Part shown: one piece after another, positions 1-7,857 of the stretch
Layout: every line of letters begins with the position of its first letter
Position numbering within the stretch: the first letter of the stretch is position 1
From: Longimicrobiales bacterium
GTDB lineage: Bacteria > Gemmatimonadota > Gemmatimonadetes > Longimicrobiales > Gaopeijiaceae
Direction of reading: 5' to 3'
Length of the DNA: 64,000 nt
Assembly: GCA_965203485.1 (NCBI GenBank)
Contig: OZ241892.1
Span: forward strand, 672,001 to 736,000
The notes under the pieces: generated by a model
The model's input: the letters and a program-made list of their open reading frames with translations, nothing else
Databases searched by the model: none
Told to the model about the DNA's origin: nothing
Translations under genes and position numbers: made by a program

Positions 1-510
1 GGACACGGCGGACGGGCGCGCCCGAACGGGACTGATGCCGGCGTTGGCCAGCCCGGAGTCGGCCGCGAAGTGCATGGAGAACTCGGTCTCGTTGCGCACC
101 AACGGAGCGGTGACGCCGACGGTGAGCCAGTCCAGCACGCCGATCTCCGCCGAGAGCGCGAGGCGCACGGCGTTCTTCTCCGCGGTCGTGGCCAGCGTGC
201 CGAGTCGCAGGACGTGCTCGCCGCCGGCGGCCCGGGCCACGGCCGCTTCGTAGTTGGCCAGCGAGGGGAACAGGCGCGTGCCCGCCGGGCCGGAGAAGTC
301 GTCGCCGAGGCTCGCTGGCCCGCCGTCTCCCGGTTCTCCGCCCGGTCCCGGCCGGTATCTGGCCCAGAAGGACGAATAGTCGGTCGAGACCCCGATTCGA
401 AGCGCGCCGCGGGCGACCAGGGGGCTGTGCGCCTCCTGTGCGGCGGCGGAGGCCCGGGCGCAACTGCTCGCGGCGAGCGAGAGGCAGAGCAGGCGGACGG
501 CCTTGGACAC
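1..510 (-). CDS. Exported/outer-membrane hypothetical protein, 5' part (runs off the left edge)
   Basis: Not in the ORF track. Manual translation from GTG at 510 gives VSKAVRLLCLSLAASSCARASAAQ (signal-peptide-like) ... AEIGVLDWLTVGVTAPLVRNETEF (amphipathic beta-strands), open to position 1. An in-frame TAA at 523-525 bounds the start. Confidence 0.65.
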   Translation of the reverse strand, partial: MSKAVRLLCLSLAASSCARASAAAQEAHSPLVARGALRIGVSTDYSSFWARYRPGPGGEPGDGGPASLGDDFSGPAGTRLFPSLANYEAAVARAAGGEHVLRLGTLATTAEKNAVRLALSAEIGVLDWLTVGVTAPLVRNETEFSMHFAADSGLANAGISPVRARPSAVS

Positions 511-611
511 GACGAAGCGGGATTAGGACTCGCTGCGGGCCCCGCGGGCTGAAACGGCCCTCCGAACGGGCGACGGACAGCATGGATCGCGGCCGTCGCG
601 GCGCCAGGATG

Positions 612-1469
612 TCACGGGGAACCGCTCCCGCCTTGGTCCAGTTGCACTTCCCATCGCGCGGAGAACTCCACGGGCATGTCCTGTACCCCACCCATGGCCA
701 GTTCCACCGAGCCCTCCAGCTCCTGGTCCAGCACCAGCGAATGCAGGATTCCACGCTCCAGGTCCCACAGCGCGAACCCCGTCTCGGAGCCCTCGAGAGC
801 CGTCGTCATCGCCATCCCGCTCTCGACGGCCTTGATGGTCACGGCGCTCTCGCCGGACACCGCGATGGAGGCCAGCCGCCGCCCGTTCGCCACCGTGTCC
901 CCGGCCAGCGAGTAGCGATATGCGGTGGTGACGAGGACGTTTCCGTCGCTGTCCGCGGACCACGTCACGGTGTCCGTCCACGAGAGGCCCGTCGTCGCCG
1001 CACGGTTCGGCAGGCGCGGGAATATGGCGTGGGCCATGGCAGTGAACCTCGCGCGCTCGCCGGCGATGCCCGAAGTCTCCGGCAACGACAGGACTTCGAC
1101 GGCGCCTCGGTCGTTCACCGCGAAGACGAGGGGACCGTCCACGTCGTCGTTCGCCGCGGTCTGCGTGCCCGTCATGTCGTTCTCCGTCTCGGCCTCGAAG
1201 GACGTCACTTCCGCCGTGACCTTCGTGCGCCCCGCCTCCGCCGCGAAGGCCAGGTCGAGCGTAGCCTCCGATGCGTCGCGGACGGCGATGTCGCCCATGG
1301 GCGTGGCGACCGACATGCGGGTGGAATTGGCGACGTGGTAGCGGGCCGAGTCGACGGCGTGCAGGCCAAAGCCGAGGACGGGATCGGATGTCGGCGCCGG
1401 GCCGCCGGATGCGCAACCCGCCGCCAGCAACGCGGCCGGGAGGAGAGAAAAAGGGGTCTTGCAGGGCAT
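612..1469 (-). CDS. Hypothetical lipoprotein (beta-rich)
   Basis: ATG at 1469: MPCKTPFSLLPAALLAAG-C lipobox, then normal globular composition. The longer ORF-track extension is low-complexity. Confidence 0.7.
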   Translation of the reverse strand: MPCKTPFSLLPAALLAAGCASGGPAPTSDPVLGFGLHAVDSARYHVANSTRMSVATPMGDIAVRDASEATLDLAFAAEAGRTKVTAEVTSFEAETENDMTGTQTAANDDVDGPLVFAVNDRGAVEVLSLPETSGIAGERARFTAMAHAIFPRLPNRAATTGLSWTDTVTWSADSDGNVLVTTAYRYSLAGDTVANGRRLASIAVSGESAVTIKAVESGMAMTTALEGSETGFALWDLERGILHSLVLDQELEGSVELAMGGVQDMPVEFSARWEVQLDQGGSGSP

Positions 1470-1765
1470 GGAATCGTCCGTCGGATCGAGGGGGGAGGCG
1501 TCGCCGGCCGCTGGCCGGGCGGCTGGGCTTCGCGAATCCATAAAGCTAACCGCGCGCGCGCCGCAGGCCGCGGCCCTCCCCCAGCGGCGTCGTGCCCGCC
1601 CCGCCCGCTGGCCGACAGCCGCAACGGCGGATCGTCGTGCAACGCCGTCGCGTCGTCGTAGCGCCGCCGGCGTTGGGCCGCCAGCGGGCAGACCGCGCGC
1701 GCCAGCTCGGCCAGCGAACGCGGATCCGGCGCGGGTCGCATTCGCACTCCCGCCGAACGTCGCCC

Positions 1766-1819
1766 GAAACAGGACATTTCTACCTTGCCAAGACCGGACA
1801 TTTCTAAATTGGTACGACA
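1766..1819 (+). mobile_element. Solo right end of an IS1202/ISNCY-like insertion sequence
   Basis: GGACATTTCTA occurs twice (1772-1782, 1796-1806) and the stretch ends ...AATTGGTACGACA. AT-rich island; translates as TGHFYLAKTGHF*, like the C-termini of these transposases. No transposase body present. Confidence 0.55.
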
Positions 1820-1838
1820 CGGGCGTCGGCCCTGGCGC

Positions 1839-1868
1839 TTGACACCAAGCGGAGGGCGGTCTTACCCT
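1839..1868 (+). promoter_or_regulatory. Putative sigma70 promoter of the tRNA pair
   Basis: TTGACA (1839-1844)-N18-TACCCT (1863-1868), about 90 nt upstream of tRNA-Gly. Confidence 0.5.
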
Positions 1869-1955
1869 TCAAGCCTCGCGGTGTCGCCCGCGTTCGGGGG
1901 GGAAGGGCCGTCCTTACAGGTTGGCGCGGCGGCGTTCGCGAGGGGACCGCGAGAC

Positions 1956-2028
<73 letters not shown>

Positions 2029-2085
2029 CTTTAACTCTCTTGTCGTCGGGCGGCTCCGCCGGTTGCGGACTAGCGCGACCATGTC

Positions 2086-2157
<72 letters not shown>

Positions 2158-2310
2158 CTTGTTGTCGCCCCTGTGGCGCGAACTCGGTGTGGACGGCCCC
2201 CAAGGCGGGGGACGCGCCCCAAGTCTTCGCTTGCTTCCCGGATTGCGTACTTGTCGCGCTTGCCTGGTGTTGCCGACCCGTGCAGTCGTGGACGCCGGAC
2301 GTCCGTCGGC

Positions 2311-3555
2311 CTAGGCGCCGCCGCGCTTGGCCGGCCGCCGTGGCTTCGGCGGTCGCCTTGGAATCGCCTTCGGCTTGGCGCGCGCAGGCGCCGGCTTCGT
2401 TGCGGTCTTCGGCTTGGCGCGCCCACCCCTCGCCGCGGGCCTCGGTTTCGGCGGAGCGCTTCTGGTCGCGGGTCTAGCCTTCGGCGGAGCGCTTTTGGTG
2501 GACCGGGCCTTGGGCCGCGCGTTCCTGGTGGCCGGCTTGGCCGCGGGAGGCGCGCTTCTCGACGCAGGCCGAGCGCTCGGCGGCCGAGGACGAGCTGCGC
2601 GGCGCGTCCTTGCGGCGCCGGCCTCGTCGGCACGACCGGCCGCGCGGACTGCCGAGCCGCGCTGGCCGGGACGGGGAGCGATGCGGCCGGTGGCGCCCGG
2701 ATTGCGCGGCTTCGCCTTCCGGATCGCATCGGAGGCGCCGGTGCGGCTCGTCGTCGGCGCAGGCCGGGCGCGCTCGCCGTAGCGGACCCTGGGCGCAACG
2801 CGAGACGTAGGCCGTTGCGGGCCGTTGTCGGTCACGTAGACGCGGGGATCCTCTTTGTAGCGCGGGCCGAAGAGCGGCGAGCGTCGAACCGGCCGGTCCC
2901 ACCGGCGGCGGTCCCACTCCGGCCGGTCCGGGCCGCGGTATCCCCGGCCCGCGACCACCGTGCCGCCGCGCCGGAGGCCGTGGAAGCTGAAGCCGGGCTC
3001 AGTCCAGTACCCGGCGCCGTACCAGAAGTCCGCGCGCGGCTGAACGAGAAAAGCGGGATGCACGAAATGGGCGAACGGATCAAGGCGCCACCAGGGCCAT
3101 GCCAGCGCGAAGGCCGGCGGCCAAGTCCACGCCAGTCGTCCGAAGTAGCCCCGGGGGCCGTAGCGCCCGGACCCCAAGCGGTAGTCGAAGCAGTCCGGGT
3201 GGACGCCCCAATGGTCCGAGTGGTTCCAGCTCCAGGGAGCCTGGCCGCAACCTTGGTGCGCATGCCCGTAGGCGCCGCAATACTCGTGCCCGTAGTGCGA
3301 GTGCGCGTGGTCCCAGCCGCAGCGCCCAAGGTCGTACGCCCAGAGCTCTGTGCCGAAGGAGATGCTGAACGCCCCATGGCCAACGCCGAAGAAGGTGGAG
3401 CCGTGGGCCGCCGTCGCGACGAAGGGGTTCCAGACGGACCCGTGGCTGGTCCCGATTCCCCAGGAGACGTGGTTTGCCGCTTGGGCCGAGGCGGAAAGCG
3501 GCAACGCGAGCGTCGCCACCGCCCCCAAGAACAGACTAATGGACCGCTTCATCAT
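2311..3555 (-). CDS. Secreted protein with His/Trp/Tyr/Gly/Cys-rich region and long Lys/Arg/Pro/Ala-rich tail
   Basis: AAGGAG RBS before ATG 3555; signal peptide MMKRSISLFLGAVATLALPLSASA-Q; repeated SAPPxAxPATR units in the tail. Confidence 0.7.
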   Translation of the reverse strand: MMKRSISLFLGAVATLALPLSASAQAANHVSWGIGTSHGSVWNPFVATAAHGSTFFGVGHGAFSISFGTELWAYDLGRCGWDHAHSHYGHEYCGAYGHAHQGCGQAPWSWNHSDHWGVHPDCFDYRLGSGRYGPRGYFGRLAWTWPPAFALAWPWWRLDPFAHFVHPAFLVQPRADFWYGAGYWTEPGFSFHGLRRGGTVVAGRGYRGPDRPEWDRRRWDRPVRRSPLFGPRYKEDPRVYVTDNGPQRPTSRVAPRVRYGERARPAPTTSRTGASDAIRKAKPRNPGATGRIAPRPGQRGSAVRAAGRADEAGAARTRRAARPRPPSARPASRSAPPAAKPATRNARPKARSTKSAPPKARPATRSAPPKPRPAARGGRAKPKTATKPAPARAKPKAIPRRPPKPRRPAKRGGA

Positions 3556-4276
3556 GGGCTCCTTGTTGACGAGAGAAATCTCTTGCCCCGTCAGGCATGC
3601 ATGAACCGTGCCAGCGGAAGCGCCCCTACGCAAGTCCTTGCCCGGCAACGACTTCGGCGCCTGGGTCGTTCGCGCCGCGAACGGCGAAGCGTCCCTTGCG
3701 CGGGACAGGTGGCGCACCGTTGGGACACCCCGCATTGCCGTCTGGCGGCGGGACCCCGTTCTGCGCCGTGGCCGTCCACGTCCGCGTGGGCGAGGCGCCG
3801 GCCGCGCGGGGTCGCACCGGCCGGGGCCCGTCGTCGGCCGCCCCTCGCCCGACGTTCGCATCCTCGGGACTTGCCAAGCGGCTCCGGAATGCGAATCTTC
3901 AAGGTGCCGCTGGCGGGCCGGGCGCCGACACGGCCATCGTCGCGGCGCGTCGCCCGATTCGGCAGGCCCGGGGGCCAAGTCTCTCTCGAGGCTCGGCCCC
4001 ATGGGGCGCATGCGATCGCAGCGACTCCTTCGTCGCCCGAAGAGCTTTGAATGACTTGGCGCGCGCCGTGCAGGCGCCCGCGGCGCTCCGCGGGCGGGCG
4101 AAACGGAGGCGGCGGCACAAGGATTCGCCGGAACGCACACCGCGGGAGAGAGCGCGACGTTCCGCGTGGCGGAGGGCGGACACGACTGCGGCGCATGTTG
4201 CACGTTCGGGCATGCCCGCGGATCCGCAGCTCTCAACTTGAGGAAGCCCCGAGCTTCCGGAAAGCGCAAGAAGATC

Positions 4277-5737
4277 GTGAGTGATCGAGACTCGACCGAA
4301 GCGCCCGGGACGCAGGCCGTCCAGGCGCAGGCCGACGGACCGGCTTCCGGCCCCGGCCCCATGGACACCTCGGCGACCGGGACGGCGGGCGGCTCGGCGC
4401 GGGCCGACGGACCGGCTTCCGGCTCCGAAGCCGACGCGGCGGGCCCGGCTTCCGAACCGGGCGACTCTCCGGGAAGGGATGCGCGGAGCCGGCGCGACGG
4501 AGAGCGTTCCCAGCCCCGCCGCGGCCGGCGCCACCACCGCCGCAGGCCGCGGCGCCACGACGGCGACTACGACTTCGGCAGGGACAGCGCGCCGCGCGAG
4601 CCGGGGCAGCTGCTCGGCATCTTGGAAGTCCTTCCCACGGGCTCGGGCTTCATCCGCCGGGAGGATGGCGGATACGTCGCCGGCAAGAACGACGTCTATG
4701 TGGGGCCTCGCCTGATCCAGCGGTTCGGCTTGAGGACGGGCGACGAACTTTCGGGCATCGTCGGCCGCCGCCCGCGCAACAGCAAGAGTCCTCCGTTGCG
4801 CTATCTGGAGCAGGTCAACGGCGCCCCCCCGGACCAAGCCGTCCGAAGGCCGGACTTCAACCGCTTGGCGGCGGTTCATCCTCGCGAGCAGCTGCGGTTG
4901 GAGTGCGGGCGGACGTTCGCGGGCGAGCCCGACATGACGAACCGCGTCGTCGACCTTTTCTGCCCGCTGGGGAAGGGACAGCGCGCGTTGATCGTGGCGC
5001 CGGCGAAGGCGGGCAAGACCACCGTGCTCCAGTCGGTGGCCGAGGGCGTGGTGGCGAATCACCCCGAGTGCGAGCTGGTGATCCTGTTGGTCGACGAGCG
5101 CCCGGAGGAAGTCACGGAGATGGAGACGTGCGGCTTCGGCGACGTGGTGGCCTCGACGTTCGACCTGACGCCCGAGCGCCACTGCCAGGTGGCCGAGATG
5201 ACGCTGGAAAGGGCGCGCCGCCGGGTCGAGGCGGGCAAGGACGTGGTCGTCATTCTCGATTCGATCACGCGGCTGGCCCGGGCGCACAACACGCTGGCGG
5301 GCGGAAGCGGGCGGACGCTTTCGGGAGGGTTGGACGCGAACTCGCTCGAGAAGCCGAAGCGGTTCCTGGGGAGCGCGCGGCTGATCAAGCCCGAACAGGG
5401 CGGGGGATCGCTCACGATCATCGGCACGGCGCTGGTCGACACGGGGTCGCGCATGGACCAGGTGATCTTCGAGGAGTTCAAGGGCACCGGAAACAGCGAG
5501 CTGGTGCTGAGCCGCGAACTCGCGGACCGCCGCATCTTCCCCGCGATCGATCTCAAGACGTCGGCCACGCGCAAGGAGGAGCTGCTGCTGTCCGCCGACG
5601 CGCTCACGGTGTCGCGCGCGATGAGGCGGCAACTGTCGGACCTGCCGCCCGCCGACGCGATGGAGAAGCTCCTGCGCGTCATGCGCCAGAACGAGACTAA
5701 CGGGGAGCTGATCGCTCTCGCGATGGACCGGCTGTAG
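4277..5737 (+). CDS. rho: Transcription termination factor Rho
   Basis: GILEVLPTGSGFIR and FGLRTGD (RNA-binding domain), PLGKGQRALIVAPAKAGKTT (P-loop), LLVDERPEEVT, DSITRLARA, IFEEFKGTGNSEL. GTG start at 4277 inferred. Confidence 0.95.
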   Translation: MSDRDSTEAPGTQAVQAQADGPASGPGPMDTSATGTAGGSARADGPASGSEADAAGPASEPGDSPGRDARSRRDGERSQPRRGRRHHRRRPRRHDGDYDFGRDSAPREPGQLLGILEVLPTGSGFIRREDGGYVAGKNDVYVGPRLIQRFGLRTGDELSGIVGRRPRNSKSPPLRYLEQVNGAPPDQAVRRPDFNRLAAVHPREQLRLECGRTFAGEPDMTNRVVDLFCPLGKGQRALIVAPAKAGKTTVLQSVAEGVVANHPECELVILLVDERPEEVTEMETCGFGDVVASTFDLTPERHCQVAEMTLERARRRVEAGKDVVVILDSITRLARAHNTLAGGSGRTLSGGLDANSLEKPKRFLGSARLIKPEQGGGSLTIIGTALVDTGSRMDQVIFEEFKGTGNSELVLSRELADRRIFPAIDLKTSATRKEELLLSADALTVSRAMRRQLSDLPPADAMEKLLRVMRQNETNGELIALAMDRL

Positions 5738-6338
5738 AGTCCGCCCCGCGCCCTTGCTCGACGATCCGCTTGAGCCGGGCCAAGCTGGCTTCGATCTGCC
5801 CGCCTTGGGACTCTTCCAGCGTCAGGGCCGTCCAGCCGAGCAGCGGGTTTCGTCCCAAGTCCGCCCGCTCGGTCCAGACGACCGTGGACGTCGCGGCGTT
5901 CGCGCGGATGCCGATCGTCCCTTCGAACCGAATGCGCCCGCCCGCCGCCACCGCCAGGTACTCCACGCCTCGCGGCGGCGTCGAGCCGACCAGCGTGAGG
6001 ACGCCCGACCCCATCCCGCCGTCGTCCCAGACGCGACGGGCGCCGACCCCGGTCGAGCGGCCGTCCACGCGCGACTGGACCTCCCCCCAGGGCGTCCACT
6101 CGACCCAAGCGTCCAAGTCGCCGACCAACGCGAAGACGGCATCTGGCTCCGCCTCGATCTCCACGGAACGGGTCACCTCCGCCGTCCCGGGGAGCAGCAG
6201 GCCCACCAACAGAAAGGCGCCCGCGGCGAGCGCGAACAGCGCAAGAAGACCCGCTGCCAACTTGGCCGGGCGGCGCACGTCAGGCCCGTCCGGCGCAACG
6301 GGCGCTCCGCGCACCACGGCGTCTTGGTCCGGGCGCAT
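5697..6338 (-). CDS. SRPBCC (polyketide cyclase/START-like) family membrane-anchored protein
   Basis: N-terminal TM helix, then VTRSVEIEAEPDAVFALVGDLDAWVEWTPW; C-terminal IEASLARLKRIVE helix. Confidence 0.85.
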   Translation of the reverse strand: MRPDQDAVVRGAPVAPDGPDVRRPAKLAAGLLALFALAAGAFLLVGLLLPGTAEVTRSVEIEAEPDAVFALVGDLDAWVEWTPWGEVQSRVDGRSTGVGARRVWDDGGMGSGVLTLVGSTPPRGVEYLAVAAGGRIRFEGTIGIRANAATSTVVWTERADLGRNPLLGWTALTLEESQGGQIEASLARLKRIVEQGRGADSTAGPSRERSAPR

Positions 6339-6389
6339 CCGCCGGCCCGCTTCGCATCCGGGCGCTTCGCGGGCCGCGTCGTCGTGCCG

Positions 6390-7154
6390 TCAACACGCCC
6401 CGTCTCCCCGGCAGCGGCTCGCGAGGACCGCCTCCAGCGTCGGCCAGACGTTCTCGGCCAGGACTTCGTGGCCGGCCGCGTTCGGGTGGATGCGGTCGCC
6501 TTGGTTGAGTTCGGGCTCCGCGGCCACGCCTTCCAGCAGAAAAGGCGCAAGCGCGGTCCCGGCGTCTTCGGCTGCGCGCCCGAACGTCGCGCGGAACCGG
6601 TCGGCGTACTGCGCGCCCATGTTGGGCGGGGCCTCCATGCTCGCGATCACCACGTCCGCGCCAGGCGCGTGCCGGCGCGTCTCGGAAGCAATCCAGACGA
6701 GATTCTCGTAGAGGGCTTCCGTGTCGCGGCCCCGCAGTCCGTCGTTCGCTCCCAGTTCCACCACCATCAGCGCAAGGGACTTGCCGTATGACGCCAGCAG
6801 CCCGCCCAGCCGGGTGCGCCCCCCGGCGGAGGTGTCGCCGCTCACGCCGGCGTTCACCACGCGGTAGCGGTATCCGAGCGTCTCGAGCCGGCGCCCGACC
6901 AGCGCCGGATACGCCAAGTCGGGCGACGCGAGGCCGTATCCCGCCGTCAGGCTGGTTCCCAGGAACACGATGCTGGGCGCGTCCGCCGGCCCCGCGCCCC
7001 GCGCAAGCGCTCTCGGGCCGGGCGCCGGTCCGTTCTCGGCGGTCGGCGGCTCCGCCCGTGCTCCCTGCGCGCCCCCGGCGGGTTGCCCGTCTCGGCCGTT
7101 CTCCGCGCGTCCGCAGGCGGCCGCCGCCAGCGAGAGCGCCCATGCCGTCCTCAT
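6390..7154 (-). CDS. tesA: Arylesterase/acyl-CoA thioesterase I (SGNH hydrolase), probable lipoprotein
   Basis: FLGTSLTAGYG, NAGVSGDTSAGG, ELGANDGLRG and DRIHPN blocks; lipobox-like LAAAA-C. Confidence 0.9.
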   Translation of the reverse strand: MRTAWALSLAAAACGRAENGRDGQPAGGAQGARAEPPTAENGPAPGPRALARGAGPADAPSIVFLGTSLTAGYGLASPDLAYPALVGRRLETLGYRYRVVNAGVSGDTSAGGRTRLGGLLASYGKSLALMVVELGANDGLRGRDTEALYENLVWIASETRRHAPGADVVIASMEAPPNMGAQYADRFRATFGRAAEDAGTALAPFLLEGVAAEPELNQGDRIHPNAAGHEVLAENVWPTLEAVLASRCRGDGAC

Positions 7155-7857
7155 GAGCGGCCCGCCCGCGATGATCCAGGCCCGGGGCCTGCACCGAACC
7201 TTCACCAGCGGCGGCCGCCCTCTGCACGTCCTGAACGGCGTCGACCTGGACGTCGGCGCCGGCGCGTTCGTCGCGATCGCGGGTCCGTCGGGAAGCGGCA
7301 AGACGACGCTGCTGGGCCTCCTCGCGGGGCTCGACCGTCCCACGGCCGGCCGGGTGATTGTCGGCGGTAGCGATCTCGGGGCCATGACGGAAGATGAGCG
7401 TGCCCTGTTTCGGGTCAACCATGTGGGGTTCGTGTTCCAGACGTTTCACCTGCTGCCTACGTTGACGGCGCTCGAGAACGTCGTGGTGCCCGTCGAGCTC
7501 GCAGGCAGGAGCCGGGGATCGGCCCCGCCGGTGCGCGAGGCGGCCATGGGGTTGCTCGAGCGCGTGGGCCTCGCGGACCGGGCCGGCCACTATCCCGTGC
7601 AGATGTCGGGGGGCGAGCGGCAGCGGGTTGCATTGGCGCGCGCGTTCGCCAACCAGCCGCGCGTGCTCTTCGCCGACGAGCCGACGGGGAACCTGGATGC
7701 CGCCACGGGCGCCCGCGTGGTCGCGATCATGGAGGAGCTGAACTGCGACGCGGGAACCACGCTCGTGCTCGTGACGCACGACGCGGAGCTGGCGGGCCGC
7801 GCCGACCGCGTCGTCCGGCTTGTGGGCGGACGCGTGGCCGAAGCAGGCCGGCCGTGA
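7153..7857 (+). CDS. ybbA: ABC transporter ATP-binding protein (YbbA/LolD-like)
   Basis: GPSGSGKTT, MSGGERQRVALARA, LFADEPTGNLD, LVTHD. Divergent from tesA; start at 7153 or 7171. Confidence 0.9.
   Translation: MSGPPAMIQARGLHRTFTSGGRPLHVLNGVDLDVGAGAFVAIAGPSGSGKTTLLGLLAGLDRPTAGRVIVGGSDLGAMTEDERALFRVNHVGFVFQTFHLLPTLTALENVVVPVELAGRSRGSAPPVREAAMGLLERVGLADRAGHYPVQMSGGERQRVALARAFANQPRVLFADEPTGNLDAATGARVVAIMEELNCDAGTTLVLVTHDAELAGRADRVVRLVGGRVAEAGRP

Noticed and set aside
3560..4276. ncRNA or riboswitch in the 720-bp gap before rho
   Set aside because: Several GC hairpins but no recognisable family motif; an Infernal/Rfam search would be needed.
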